Of a stretch of 64,000 nt of DNA, positions 9,390 to 20,110 are shown in pieces. Every line of letters starts with the position of its first letter. The stretch's first letter is position 1. The notes under the pieces are model-generated. The model was not told the origin of the DNA. It did not search any database and worked only from the letters and a program-made list of their open reading frames with translations. Made by a program: the position numbers and the translations under genes. The DNA comes from Candidatus Bathyarchaeia archaeon (lineage in GTDB: Archaea > Thermoproteota > Bathyarchaeia > Bathyarchaeales > Bathycorpusculaceae), in the NCBI GenBank assembly GCA_049521795.1, contig JBEKOM010000001.1, forward strand, positions 640,001-704,000. Direction: 5' to 3'.

Positions 9390-9668
9390 TCAAGCGATGA
9401 CCAATTTTCTTAACCGCATGCCATCCTTGTGTCTCATGAAGCCGCAAACCTTGCATTTCAACTTCAAAGTCTGCTTCTTCGTTGTCTTAGCAAACTCTCT
9501 TTGAAGCGGATACTTTTGTCCGCCGTACCCCCTCTTTTCTCGCAGTTCATGGCGACGTTCACCCTTCGCTAGGGGTCTGCGCTTGCCAGCCTTGTACAGA
9601 GTAACCGAGTGAGCCTGATGCTGCTTACACCTCGGACAGTATGTCCTTACTTCTTTTGGAACATTCAC
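9390..9668 (-). CDS. rpl44e: 50S ribosomal protein L44e
   Basis: YCPRC..H..H, GYGGQ, AKTTKK..LKLKCKVC. Confidence 0.95.
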   Translation of the reverse strand: MNVPKEVRTYCPRCKQHQAHSVTLYKAGKRRPLAKGERRHELREKRGYGGQKYPLQREFAKTTKKQTLKLKCKVCGFMRHKDGMRLRKLVIA

Positions 9669-9860
9669 TATGACACAACCGACTTTGCATAAGGAAGCCG
9701 TACATGTTCTTATACTTTTTCGCGATCAAGCGTGCGTTACATTTCATCTGAATGGTCAACGTAGCGCGCAAGACAAATACCACCAAACAAATATTTGCTG
9801 CCTTGCATATTTACCTCCTTGAAAAGAGCTAGTTAGAATGGGCACGGATAGAGGGTCAGA

Positions 9861-11012
9861 ATGACTGAGATCCCGCGGGCAAATCGGAGATACGTCAATA
9901 TCCTTATGAAATGCTTGCCTATTCTGGCGTTTGTCGTTCCACTCAGCATATTGTACTACTTGGATCCTGGCTCGTTCGATAGGACTTGGGAGGGTAGAAC
10001 ATACTATTTATTCTTCGTGTGGCTCATGATGCTGGAAACGATTCTGAACTGGGATAAGCTGCAGCCAAAGAGGTGGAGGTTGAGATCTGCGTGGACCATT
10101 TCCTTCATAATAGCGCTCTTTGTTCCAACAATCTACGTTATCGGATCCAACTATTACGGGTGGAATGTGACCTTTCTGAATTTCGCTGGAAGATACATAG
10201 GTGATCCTAGTATTTCGCAGTTCATGCCGCTTTCGTTTGAATACCTGGTTTTTACAGTGCTCTTTGTTGCGATTGCCTTTGCGGCATTCGGAGTTGCCAG
10301 CCTCAAAAACTACTCAATCACAGCCGTTTTTCTTGGATTAGTTGGGCTAGTCTACACCGTCAACAATTTGTATCCATATGGGCTTTTCACTCCTTTCCAA
10401 ATTCTTGTTCCAACGACAACGGTTCTTGCGGCTGGGATTCTAAGTATGGTCGGGTACACAACATCCATTGCTTACTCAACAAACTCAAGTCAAGGTTCGA
10501 TGCCAGTCTTGACAGCCACGTCTTCAAGTGGACAATCTGCGCAGTACGCTGTTGCTTGGGCATGCTCAGGTATCGATAGTCTTCTGATATATTCGGTCAC
10601 AATCCTTCTGTTCTTGAAGAGCAGTGCTGTTCCTTGGAAACAAAGGATAGTCTACTTCATTTTCGGGGCTGTCATCACGTACCTCATCAACGCGGCGCGG
10701 ATCGCAACCCTCTTCATGATCGGAGCAGGCGGCGGCAACATCGGTCCTTTTCATGATTATCTTGGTCCGCTCTATTCCATATCTTGGATAATCTCCTATC
10801 CTCTCATAATAATCGCGACTCGAGGTCTGTGGACCAGGATTGTGCCAGAAAGAGCTGGTCTGAATCAAGGTCCAGGGACCTCACAACCGAGGGCTATGGC
10901 AGGGTCTAAGGCTACGGTCGAATCTACCCTGTCTCCACGTTTTCAGCTAAGCCTTGCTTCCTTAAGATCTTGGTGTTCTCGACGGGCAGGGAAGCTACAT
11001 CCTCGGTCTTGA
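9861..11012 (+). CDS. Exosortase/archaeosortase family protein
   Basis: Multi-pass membrane protein with the triad VAWACSG (Cys), INAARI (Arg), FHD (His). Confidence 0.85.
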   Translation: MTEIPRANRRYVNILMKCLPILAFVVPLSILYYLDPGSFDRTWEGRTYYLFFVWLMMLETILNWDKLQPKRWRLRSAWTISFIIALFVPTIYVIGSNYYGWNVTFLNFAGRYIGDPSISQFMPLSFEYLVFTVLFVAIAFAAFGVASLKNYSITAVFLGLVGLVYTVNNLYPYGLFTPFQILVPTTTVLAAGILSMVGYTTSIAYSTNSSQGSMPVLTATSSSGQSAQYAVAWACSGIDSLLIYSVTILLFLKSSAVPWKQRIVYFIFGAVITYLINAARIATLFMIGAGGGNIGPFHDYLGPLYSISWIISYPLIIIATRGLWTRIVPERAGLNQGPGTSQPRAMAGSKATVESTLSPRFQLSLASLRSWCSRRAGKLHPRS

Positions 11013-11472
11013 AAGGACCATAAGTCTTCATATCAGCGCCGATTATTGCTGGAACATCCTTCAAGAAGCGAAGAATAGCCCTTCTATGCTCACCTTCGAT
11101 CTTGATTTTGGGAACGTGTCCCCTGACGATTTCTTTCGCAAAGCCTTGGAAGGCTTCTGCAAGAGGTGAGAGTCTCGAATAAGCCGTTTTCTCCTCAGGT
11201 GCCGTGAGGTCAGGAGGGATTTCTTCGCCTTTGGCCACTTTGCTTATTATTTTTCTGTATCGCGTTTGAATCAGTCCATGAACCATGCGTTTTGCGTTTC
11301 GCATCTCTTCCTCGAGCAGGTTTGTCTTTAACGTTCTCTTGTCTAACATTCGACTCTCTTCTCTGAGCCTTTTCATGTACTCAGCGGCTCTGGAGTAGAA
11401 CTCTGGGGGAAGCTTCTCCAACTCGATGTTCTCAAGCTCAAGCTTCCAGGTCTCGTACAGCTCGTTATACAT
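10924..11472 (-). CDS. DNA replication GINS subunit (Gins15/51 type)
   Basis: LEKLPPEFY...RYRKI A-domain and C-terminal LRFLKDVPAIIGADMKTYGPF B-domain; follows priS. Confidence 0.88.
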   Translation of the reverse strand: MYNELYETWKLELENIELEKLPPEFYSRAAEYMKRLREESRMLDKRTLKTNLLEEEMRNAKRMVHGLIQTRYRKIISKVAKGEEIPPDLTAPEEKTAYSRLSPLAEAFQGFAKEIVRGHVPKIKIEGEHRRAILRFLKDVPAIIGADMKTYGPFKTEDVASLPVENTKILRKQGLAENVETG

Positions 11473-12730
11473 CTTGTACTATTACCTCCGCTCTTTTCTT
11501 GCAAATCAGCAGTAGGGCAGCCGCGTTCGGTAACTCGACCCTTTCATTCCTGTAGGGGCCAAATTCTTCATCGCCTAATCGAAATTCGGGTGCCTTGGAA
11601 ACAAGAACGGTGGTGCAGCCTCCTCTAAAGGCTAGTGCGTTCTTGAAGGGGTCGAAATCGTCTAGGGCTGCGATGGGAAACTCAGTTTTCTTCAAGCCCG
11701 TTTTGCCGTGCAACGTTCCAGGCAGTCTGATCAGGCGGTGAATGTCCGTGGTGACAACCGTGTCCACCTTTGCGGATTGGGACTTTCTCGAGTATTCAGA
11801 AAGTTTTCTGTACGTCTGAGGGCCCACTCCTCTAGGCATTCCCAACGGTTTGGATTCGTTCAGGTTCTTCAAGATTGTATCCTTGTTCTTCATCATGGCC
11901 TCGGCTACGTTCTTCGTCAGCCCCATTTTCTCATAATCTTCCGTCTTAGCGTTGAGAACGATGTTGTTTATTCCTCGGGCAATTCGTCCACGCCAACCAA
12001 CATCTTTCAAAGCCAGAGTTCCAGGACTCTTGTCATCTAGTCCGTGCAAAGCAGCATCAAAGCCCAGGCCGCAAACATAATCAACAATTTCCTTGCGAGC
12101 AGTAGCGTCAAGACTCCCAACTGCTTCGCCTTCGACGTGAACGTGATACCCACGATGGCCTGAGAAGAACAGGTGCACCTCCTTTTCCGAAAAGCCAAAG
12201 TCTCTCATCAGAACATCCAAAAGCCTAGTCGTTTCCAGCTTTGAAGAGGCTAGGCACAACTCACACGGCCAAGTGGTGTTGTCAAACTTTTCTCCCCCGC
12301 AAGACGGACATTTTTCCGGCAGCTCCCCTCTTCCCTTAATCCCGCACTTGCCACAGGTCCACTCGTCATGAACCTTATCACACGACGTGGGGATGTGGTC
12401 AGCGTCAATGTCAAAAACAAGGTCAGCGCCGATCCATCCCTTCGCTGTCATTTCTGGGGCATCGGGCTGCTGGTAGTAGGCACCTGAGTAGTACACATCG
12501 GATGGCACTTCACCACTCAGGAAGTCTTTCAGTTCTTCGACAGCTGCAAAACTTTTGTGCCTAACCATGATCTTATTTCTAAGAAGAAAAACAGCAAACT
12601 CACGTTTCTCAAACGAATGAGGGATACTTATCTCATGAAAACAGTTGGAATAATAACTGAAAAACATCCTCTGTATGAGGTCACAAGTGTTTGCGTACAT
12701 TCCGCTCATTAAGGAAGTTACGGTGGGCAT
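11465..12730 (-). CDS. priS: DNA primase small (catalytic) subunit
   Basis: DLVFDID, FSGHRGYHV, DIHRLIRLPGTLHGKTG; true start probably slightly downstream of 12730. Confidence 0.95.
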   Translation of the reverse strand: MPTVTSLMSGMYANTCDLIQRMFFSYYSNCFHEISIPHSFEKREFAVFLLRNKIMVRHKSFAAVEELKDFLSGEVPSDVYYSGAYYQQPDAPEMTAKGWIGADLVFDIDADHIPTSCDKVHDEWTCGKCGIKGRGELPEKCPSCGGEKFDNTTWPCELCLASSKLETTRLLDVLMRDFGFSEKEVHLFFSGHRGYHVHVEGEAVGSLDATARKEIVDYVCGLGFDAALHGLDDKSPGTLALKDVGWRGRIARGINNIVLNAKTEDYEKMGLTKNVAEAMMKNKDTILKNLNESKPLGMPRGVGPQTYRKLSEYSRKSQSAKVDTVVTTDIHRLIRLPGTLHGKTGLKKTEFPIAALDDFDPFKNALAFRGGCTTVLVSKAPEFRLGDEEFGPYRNERVELPNAAALLLICKKRAEVIVQDV

Positions 12731-13012
12731 TTAAAACTCTTCTTCTGAGAAGATATTTTCGGGTACACATCGAATATAGTCAAGAAACGGACTTCACTGG
12801 CAAGATCCACGAAGAAAGTTCATTGCTGCCGCTTGATCAACAACACTGTGTTAAGTGTGTCGGATGGAATGTTTTCAAGTTGCACTTGGGCCTTAAGAGG
12901 ACGTTTGAGAAATAGGGAATAGATTTAAATGACTAAAGCAAGAAAAGGAAATGCGGCATAGTTTGGCGGAGTCGGAAACTAATCACTAGCCGTTCGAAAT
13001 GACGGGAGATCC

Positions 13013-14074
13013 ATGGTTGAAAGCTTGTTAAATGAGCCCACGTTTCAAGAGGCTGAGTGCAGAAATATGGATTTTCCAGAAGTCACGATAGTAGTACTAA
13101 ACTATAATGGGAAAAAGCACATTCACAGATGCTTGGACTCAATTTTCAAAATGAATTATCCCCAGTTCAAGGTAATCGTGATTGATAACGCCTCTAGCGA
13201 TGGCTCATTGGACTCTGTGAAAAAGCAGTATCCTCAAGTAAAGACGATAAAGTATGATAAGAATCACGGTTTCGCCAAGGCGTACAACATTGGCTTGCAG
13301 AAGATTGAAAACGATTTTATGGTCCTTATGAACAACGATGTTACTGTGGAGCCAGAATGGTTGAGCAGGCTGATGCCTTACATCGTTAACAACAGGGGGG
13401 TCTCAGCGGTCACGCCTAAAATGCTTTTTGTGCAGGATCGAGAGGAAATAAATGCTGCAGGAGGCAAATGCGACATTTACGGTTCCGGCTGGAACCGTGG
13501 AAACGGAGAGGCAGATAACGGTCAATACGAGAAGGTCGAGGAGGTTTTCTATGCCAATTGCGCCGCAATTGTTATTCGCAAGAGTGCATGGGAAGACGTC
13601 GGATCGTTCGATGAGGAGTATTTTCTTTACGGAGAGGACTTAGACTGGTGTTGGCGAGCGAGACTAAAAGGGTATAGAATATTCTATGTTCCAAGTTCCA
13701 GAATCTATCATGAATGGCATGCGTCAAATGGTGAGATGGTGCCGTTTATGGAGCGTTACTGGCTAACAACAATGCTCAAGAACTACGACTCGAAAACCCT
13801 TGCGAGGCTAGGTCCGAAATTACTAGTGTTGAAAGGCTTGGTAGGGGTATGGCTTCTTCTAAACGGTAGAGGCGTGCGTGAAAAACTTGCGGTGTTCGAT
13901 AGCTTCATATGGAACTTGAACATGTTCAAGAAAACGTGGAAAAAGAGGCTTTCAATACAGGCCTCAAGAAAGATTGATGATGGAGAAATTCAGAGACATA
14001 TGTACAAGGGTAGCCTCGAGCTCTCCCTCGGGCTCAAGACGATGAACCACCCGATAACAAAAGAGTGGGCTTGA
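13013..14074 (+). CDS. Glycosyltransferase family 2
   Basis: VVLNYNG, IDNASSDGS, LMNND, YGEDLDWCWR. Confidence 0.92.
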   Translation: MVESLLNEPTFQEAECRNMDFPEVTIVVLNYNGKKHIHRCLDSIFKMNYPQFKVIVIDNASSDGSLDSVKKQYPQVKTIKYDKNHGFAKAYNIGLQKIENDFMVLMNNDVTVEPEWLSRLMPYIVNNRGVSAVTPKMLFVQDREEINAAGGKCDIYGSGWNRGNGEADNGQYEKVEEVFYANCAAIVIRKSAWEDVGSFDEEYFLYGEDLDWCWRARLKGYRIFYVPSSRIYHEWHASNGEMVPFMERYWLTTMLKNYDSKTLARLGPKLLVLKGLVGVWLLLNGRGVREKLAVFDSFIWNLNMFKKTWKKRLSIQASRKIDDGEIQRHMYKGSLELSLGLKTMNHPITKEWA

Positions 14075-14097
14075 ACTAATACTGAATCAACCGAGCC

Positions 14098-15231
14098 TCA
14101 TTTCGAGCAGGCAATATCAATTGCTTGCTCAAACCTCTTAGCACTTTCTTTCCAAGTGAACCTTTGCGCCGCGATCCTTCCTCTACGTCCAATTCTTCTG
14201 CGCAGCTCAGCATCTTCAACTAGCGAACGCAGACGACGAAGGAACTCAGACGTGTTCTCGACAAGAAACCCAGTTTTCTCATTTAACACCACTTCTCGGT
14301 GGGCACCAATGTCATAAGCGATAACAGGCTTTCCGTTTGCCTGAGCAGCAACAACCGGCAAATCAAAACCTTCCCACTTTGAGCACGTGCAGTAGATATC
14401 GCACGCTGCAAAGCAGAGCTTCAGTGTCTCAAAAGATACATTCGACAATGTTTTCACATTCCCCATGGGACTCTGAATTCCTAAGCTATGAATTGGGCCT
14501 CTCCCAACCAGCAAGAGAACAACGCCAGGGTTTTTCTTCTGAACCACATCAAAAATCCTTGCGATCTCGGTCATTCCCTTGTAAGGAGTGGAAAACCGGC
14601 CAACAGACAAAATCAAAACCTTGTCGTCGATGTGGAGTTCTTCTCTGAACTTCGTAGCTTTTTCATGGTCATGGCAGACAAGATGCTCGATACCGTGGTA
14701 GTTTACGATCGTCCTTTTCTCTTGATACGAAGGGAGAGATTTTCTTGTATGGAAACTGTTGGACATCAAGCAGTCGCAGAAAAAGAAGGACAGATTCCAC
14801 AGGATGGTCTGCCTGAGGGATTCCGTTTTTCTTTCAAAAGAGTCTAGGATCTTCGGGGGTGGCACTCCGAAATAGTACATTATTACCTTTTTCTGTAGGC
14901 GTATCTTGGCTAAAGCGCCTACTATGTGCATGGGATCAACGGTTACGATTATGTCGAAGTCGTCCAAGATTTTGGCTAAAGGGGCGTACGAACGAAAATC
15001 TGTCAAGAAATGGTCGTTCCAGAATTCATTCGCGAAAGGCAAAGAGGCTACATTGTACGCTATTGTCTTGTAGCCGCGGTCTGAGTATTCGTTCTTGTTT
15101 GCGAGCACCGTAATATCATATCCCTGCCGCGAAAGCTCTTTAGATAGGAAATTGACTATTTCATCGACGCCGTACCCTATGAGCATGCTTTTTGCTACGA
15201 TGGCTATTTTCGGATGTCTCACAGTTTGCAC
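14098..15231 (-). CDS. Glycosyltransferase family 4
   Basis: SVGRF..YKG, SKWEGFDLPVVAAQANGKPVIA. Confidence 0.9.
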   Translation of the reverse strand: MQTVRHPKIAIVAKSMLIGYGVDEIVNFLSKELSRQGYDITVLANKNEYSDRGYKTIAYNVASLPFANEFWNDHFLTDFRSYAPLAKILDDFDIIVTVDPMHIVGALAKIRLQKKVIMYYFGVPPPKILDSFERKTESLRQTILWNLSFFFCDCLMSNSFHTRKSLPSYQEKRTIVNYHGIEHLVCHDHEKATKFREELHIDDKVLILSVGRFSTPYKGMTEIARIFDVVQKKNPGVVLLLVGRGPIHSLGIQSPMGNVKTLSNVSFETLKLCFAACDIYCTCSKWEGFDLPVVAAQANGKPVIAYDIGAHREVVLNEKTGFLVENTSEFLRRLRSLVEDAELRRRIGRRGRIAAQRFTWKESAKRFEQAIDIACSK

Positions 15232-15244
15232 CTTAGCTTTCTTC

Positions 15245-17242
15245 CTACGGGCTTTCCATGTATACTACAATGGATTTCAGGTACACGTCAGCTGACGTTG
15301 AAGGGTTCAACACGTAAAACATCACTTCGGTGGTCGAAGAAACGATGTTGACAGTGAGTGTGTAGTTCCCAAGCGTCGGTTCTGAGCCGTTGCCTCCGTA
15401 TAGATCTTGTGATTGCAGAATCGTGGCACCTTGAGTCAGTTCGATGGTGCACGCAGATTCTATGCTGGAGTTTGAAATGTTCATTTGATAGGTCACAACA
15501 TACGTACCTTTTGGGAAGACAGAGCTGAACATGATTCTATTGGTTACAATGGGCGTTTCGTAGCTCAGTCGCAAGAGGAAGGGTTGATACATCGCCAGTT
15601 GTCCATGATATCCATGCCTGTACACAAAGATGCCATCAACCGAGGCATAAAGACCATAGCTGCCCTCAAGTCTTTGCAAGTTTTCGAAGGCATACAAGAA
15701 TGTGACTCTAAGCGCGTCCGTGCGCACGTCAGGATTAAGATCCAGTATCACAAAGTCAGGTGTCAAGTTGAATAGTGATTGGACATATTCATCATAGTAT
15801 GACTTGTTGAAGGCAGAGAAGAGTGGGGGAATAACATAGGAATTCAAGCTCGCTGAAACATGGGGGAACAGATCGTACTGCGTGAGAATTGAAGCATTCG
15901 GAAAATCTCTCTGTATCTGCGTTATCAAGGCGTTTAGTCTTTGATCATGCGGACTAATTATTGCCTGCAGGTTCGAAGGCAAAGTTTGAAGAGTCATAAC
16001 AAGCGAAACAAGAACGCATGCTATAAACAGCCTTCGAGCGAGTTTGTTCGCCCTTGCCGCATCTACGTTGAGAATTCGCCGAATCCTGCTGAAGCCTTCT
16101 ATCGCTGCAAGGATGACAAAAGGGGTAACTACGGCGGAGTATTGGTAACCTGTTTGATAGTATGGAGGGTAATTTGACAAGAAAGCCAATAGAATCCAAA
16201 GTAGCACAGGTAACATTCTATTTATTTTGAAAACAGGGAGAAACGCAAACGGAGCAAGGATCATGACCAGATAGAAAAGCTTAGACTGGAGATCGTACTC
16301 GACAGCCTGCAGGATGTTTAAGTACCCCAGATGGATCCAAGACGTTGGATCTAAGGGATTAACACCTAGAATAGACCAGGAAGAACCCTGTCCAAACCCT
16401 TGAGGAGGAGAAGGATTGAAAAAACTGATGAATAGCTTTGCCAAAATGTACCAGCACACTGCAACAGCAATCGTTCCGAAAGCTACGAGTACCCTTTTTG
16501 AAGGGTAACTCTTGGACTTAAACGCACTGATTATCTCCTGTCTGGAAACCAGTAACTCTCCAAAAGCGAAGACTGCAAAAACAATCGGCATGAACTCTTT
16601 CGTGGACAAAGCCAGCAACATGAAAGCAAAATACGGTGTCCAACTGCTCTTTATGAAGAAGTATAGCGCAAATAACGTGAACGGGACAAAGAAGGCATCG
16701 GGATGAAAATCAAATATGTTCACCCCGTAAGTTAGAGGGTAAAGGAGATACAGAAGCGAAAAAAAATAGCCGTATTTTCGGTTTCCTAACACTCGTTGTG
16801 CAATCAAGAAAACCGGATAAGCGCCTACCCCGATAACTATCGACTGAATTACCAGCAAAGTCCCAGCGTTTTGGAAAAGCGCGTACAAAGGGACAACCAC
16901 GAAGAGTATTGGACTGAAATGCACTCCGAAAATTGAACCACTAGGATTCGCATAGAGTTCAGGAGTATAATAGAATAATCGCCCTCTCAGAGTGCTATAG
17001 CATGCCTGATCAAAAATGCCGAGATCCCACGCTGAAGTTTGAAATGAATAATGTTTGACCAAGGATGTAAAGCTCAACAGTATTACATACGTGAGAACCA
17101 TAGCGTGAAGCGGCCAGTGTTTGAACAAGAGTTGAGAACAAGCAGTTCTCAGCCTTTGCAGAGTTGTCTTCTTGTCCTCCATCTCAGTCACTTTGACGAG
17201 CAAGGAATGCGGCAATGGACGATCTCTTCGCCACACTGGCAC
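15245..17242 (-). CDS. DUF2079-family membrane protein (putative GT-C glycosyltransferase)
   Basis: AWDLGIFDQ, GVHFSPIL, FDFHP, LSTKE motifs; many TM helices. Confidence 0.8.
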   Translation of the reverse strand: MPVWRRDRPLPHSLLVKVTEMEDKKTTLQRLRTACSQLLFKHWPLHAMVLTYVILLSFTSLVKHYSFQTSAWDLGIFDQACYSTLRGRLFYYTPELYANPSGSIFGVHFSPILFVVVPLYALFQNAGTLLVIQSIVIGVGAYPVFLIAQRVLGNRKYGYFFSLLYLLYPLTYGVNIFDFHPDAFFVPFTLFALYFFIKSSWTPYFAFMLLALSTKEFMPIVFAVFAFGELLVSRQEIISAFKSKSYPSKRVLVAFGTIAVAVCWYILAKLFISFFNPSPPQGFGQGSSWSILGVNPLDPTSWIHLGYLNILQAVEYDLQSKLFYLVMILAPFAFLPVFKINRMLPVLLWILLAFLSNYPPYYQTGYQYSAVVTPFVILAAIEGFSRIRRILNVDAARANKLARRLFIACVLVSLVMTLQTLPSNLQAIISPHDQRLNALITQIQRDFPNASILTQYDLFPHVSASLNSYVIPPLFSAFNKSYYDEYVQSLFNLTPDFVILDLNPDVRTDALRVTFLYAFENLQRLEGSYGLYASVDGIFVYRHGYHGQLAMYQPFLLRLSYETPIVTNRIMFSSVFPKGTYVVTYQMNISNSSIESACTIELTQGATILQSQDLYGGNGSEPTLGNYTLTVNIVSSTTEVMFYVLNPSTSADVYLKSIVVYMESP

Positions 17243-17277
17243 AAGCTTTATGCAGAATGTTCGCGGTTGCCTAGCAC

Positions 17278-18021
17278 TTAGTATTTTCGGTCAAGATTGA
17301 AAATGTAAGTGAGGAAGTCTCTTATTTCGTTGATTGACAGTTTGGATTTGCCTTTTTTTCTGCTGATGAACGTTATAGGTACATCTTTGATTCTGTAATT
17401 TCTTACGTTGGCAAGTCTTATTGTTTCAATCTGTATTTCATAAGTCTGGCTGTGCAAGTCTTTTATTATTCCTCTAACCAGCCTGGTGGAGTAACAGCGC
17501 ATTCCGCTGGTGTAGTCTGATATCTTGGCGTCCACTCTTATTCTCGTAATGAGGTTTGCGACCTTGCTTATTAGCAAGCGCGCTATACTCCACTCTTGCG
17601 TACCGCCACCTTGACAGTACCTGCTTCCAACAACGAGGTCGCATCCTTCTTGCATAGGCGCCAACAGCTTGGGTATCTCTTGAGGGTTATGTGAGTAGTC
17701 AGCGTCCATCGTGACTATACAATTGGGAGGTTTCTTGACCGACAAGAAGATCCTAAACCCGTCAGTAATTGCAGTCCCAAGCCCTAGTTTCTTGCTCCTA
17801 ACGAGAAGCAAAATGTTGCTGTATTTCCTTTGGAGCTTTCTGATAAGGTCGGCTGTCCCGTCTGGACTCGAATCATCGATAACCAGTATTGAGACGTTCA
17901 GGCTTGAATTCTCCAGTTCAAGAATCAGCTTTTCAATGTTAGCCGCTTCACAATACGTCGGGAGTATAATCCCGATTTCAGAACTAACCTCGAGGTTTCC
18001 TTCTACGTGCGAAGACAGCAT
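17278..18021 (-). CDS. Polyprenol-phosphate glycosyltransferase (Dpm1-like GT2)
   Basis: PTYCEAANI, DDSSPDGT, MDADYSH, GSRY, DYTSG. Confidence 0.9.
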   Translation of the reverse strand: MLSSHVEGNLEVSSEIGIILPTYCEAANIEKLILELENSSLNVSILVIDDSSPDGTADLIRKLQRKYSNILLLVRSKKLGLGTAITDGFRIFLSVKKPPNCIVTMDADYSHNPQEIPKLLAPMQEGCDLVVGSRYCQGGGTQEWSIARLLISKVANLITRIRVDAKISDYTSGMRCYSTRLVRGIIKDLHSQTYEIQIETIRLANVRNYRIKDVPITFISRKKGKSKLSINEIRDFLTYIFNLDRKY

Positions 18022-18102
18022 TGGTGTCTATTCACCTTTCAAAGATAGCGTTCATTTATCGCACTGGATATATAAGGTATACTGCACTCAAGTCTGCTTC
18101 GA

Positions 18103-19110
18103 CTAGCTCTTTCCAGCGCTCTTAAGCCTGATGCGGTAGTAAGCTAACGGGTGGTGTACTCTTCTGCACACTTCGTCTGGGTCTGTGCATATGCCATGTG
18201 TTTGCAGAGTGTCACATCTCGGTGGGATGTACCGCGTTCTTGAGCCTGTTTCGCCGGCGATGTGTTCCACTTGGTAACGGGTCATTTTTTCGTTGAAGTC
18301 TGAAATGTTTTTGAAGAGGTCAATGACGTTTTCCGAGGGCATTCCGATGTTTATGAGGAACGAGGTCAAAGCGAACCTTCCTACGTGTGAGATGTGGCGT
18401 CCAGATGAGAAGGCCAAGTACAGCGCTGCTATGCATGGTGGGAATGCTGTTTGCACCATGACCTTCGGAAATTCTTCTACCTCGGCCTTGCCTATCTTCT
18501 CGGCTGTGAGCTTCACTATTCTTTCTGCCACGTTCAATATTTTCCTTGGAAAGTCAGGCAGTTCCTTAACTTCCAGCCTTTCTTCTATATGTCTGCGCGC
18601 TTCTTCGCTCAACAATCTCGAAGTCTCGTTTCTAGATAAGAAAACTGTTCCGCTAGACAAGACCCGGTTAACTAGCTTCCACTTCTTGTCGCGCAGATGA
18701 GTTGTGGTTCTCAGATAATCTTGAAACCTGACTGCGAATTCAAGCGGGGACACGTTTCGTTGATTGAGGGTCAGTTTCCATCCCAAGTCCGTTGCGGTTT
18801 CGAGAATCTGCTCTTTGTCTTCTTCTTTGAGGTCTTCGTAAATCCGCTTTGCTTCGGCGAGAGCGTACCTCTTCTTGATGAAGGAATTTCCAGTTGCAAC
18901 CGTCAGCATTATTGCGGCTGGAAAGGACAAAATTTCGATTTCTTCGTTGCGTGTCTTTCTGCCAACAAGCGTGTACAAAATGGCGTCTTCAACTCTCTCT
19001 TCCGCACGGTCGAGGACTCTTTCAAGTTCAGGGCTTGCAAGGTCCTCAATCTTCACGTTGAGTCTCTTAATGTATTCCGCGGTTTCCTTGAGAAAAGGAT
19101 ATTTTGCCAA
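18103..19110 (-). CDS. priL: DNA primase large subunit
   Basis: FPPCI, H.GRF.L, TRYQVEHIAG, PPRC...C...C Fe-S domain. Confidence 0.95.
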   Translation of the reverse strand: MAKYPFLKETAEYIKRLNVKIEDLASPELERVLDRAEERVEDAILYTLVGRKTRNEEIEILSFPAAIMLTVATGNSFIKKRYALAEAKRIYEDLKEEDKEQILETATDLGWKLTLNQRNVSPLEFAVRFQDYLRTTTHLRDKKWKLVNRVLSSGTVFLSRNETSRLLSEEARRHIEERLEVKELPDFPRKILNVAERIVKLTAEKIGKAEVEEFPKVMVQTAFPPCIAALYLAFSSGRHISHVGRFALTSFLINIGMPSENVIDLFKNISDFNEKMTRYQVEHIAGETGSRTRYIPPRCDTLQTHGICTDPDEVCRRVHHPLAYYRIRLKSAGKS

Positions 19111-19159
19111 GTCGCTTTTTGTGAATCTTCCCGTGGTTATCTGCTCTTCATTTTTCGTC

Positions 19160-19924
19160 TCATTCTGTTTCTATTCTCGGCGCAAGGAAGAACGTTAGCT
19201 TTCCTTCTTTTGCCTGCTGAAAATCCAGCCTTATGGGCATGTCCGAAGAGAATTCGAGCGTAGCTATGTCCGACGTTGCTGATGCAGCCTTTATTATCTC
19301 TGTCAGGTAACTAAGGCTGAAGGTTGCTTTCTGCGCTTCCTTGGCTTCTAGATCCAGCAGCATGTCACTTCCTTTTTGCAGGGTGATCGTCGCACCCATT
19401 AGGTCGCCCGAAGCGTTGAAAACCAGTTTTTCGGGGTCTGCTTCGATCTTAACATGGTCGCTTACGAGTTGAGCGTCCTCTATCGCCTGGCTCAAGCCTT
19501 CGGTCGTAGCCTTTGCTTTTACGTTGAAGGTGATCTTTGGCGTTGGCACCTCTTCCTCTGACGCTTCAAGCGTGGGCATCGTAAAGTTTCGCGTGTATTT
19601 TCCAGCCATTGCGACCTGCAGACGCCCCGTTTTTTCGTCCAGAGAAAGCTCCACTGTCTCGTCCTTGCCTGCTCTCTTGAGAAGTTTCAGCAGTTCCGTT
19701 ATGTTGATGCATATTTTTGCCGGCTCAGTGCACACGTATTCTTCGAAGACATTTTTAGGCCATTCGAAGTCGATCATTGCGACGCGTGATGGATCCATCG
19801 CTCTGAGCTTCAAGCCGTCCTGGTCAAGCTTGAACGTTGCTTCGTCCACGAGGATGGAAATAGACGTGATCATGTCCCTCAATAACTTGGCATCAGCCAC
19901 TTTGAGTTTGAACACGGAGATCAC
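19160..19924 (-). CDS. pcn: DNA polymerase sliding clamp PCNA
   Basis: LRAMDPSRVAMIDF, FFLAPRIE. Confidence 0.96.
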   Translation of the reverse strand: MISVFKLKVADAKLLRDMITSISILVDEATFKLDQDGLKLRAMDPSRVAMIDFEWPKNVFEEYVCTEPAKICINITELLKLLKRAGKDETVELSLDEKTGRLQVAMAGKYTRNFTMPTLEASEEEVPTPKITFNVKAKATTEGLSQAIEDAQLVSDHVKIEADPEKLVFNASGDLMGATITLQKGSDMLLDLEAKEAQKATFSLSYLTEIIKAASATSDIATLEFSSDMPIRLDFQQAKEGKLTFFLAPRIETE

Positions 19925-20110
19925 CTTTGTATCGGATATGCTCGGTGGCTAATAAAAGACTTTACACACTTAAGGCTGACGCTGAACCATGAAATCACGC
20001 TTTAGTCGCCTCATTATTGGACTCAGGTAGCTGTCAGCGATGTTATAGAGGATTTATCCGCAACCGTTAATTTCTTCATTACACCATTTTACATTTGGGA
20101 AAGGAGACCC

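Noticed and set aside
10924-11012. 89-bp convergent overlap of the archaeosortase and GINS genes as a regulatory feature
   Set aside because: The sortase tail looks like non-conserved run-on after the last TM helix, most likely a lost stop codon
12950-13010. tRNA-like sequence containing GTTCGAA
   Set aside because: No acceptor, D or anticodon stems can be formed
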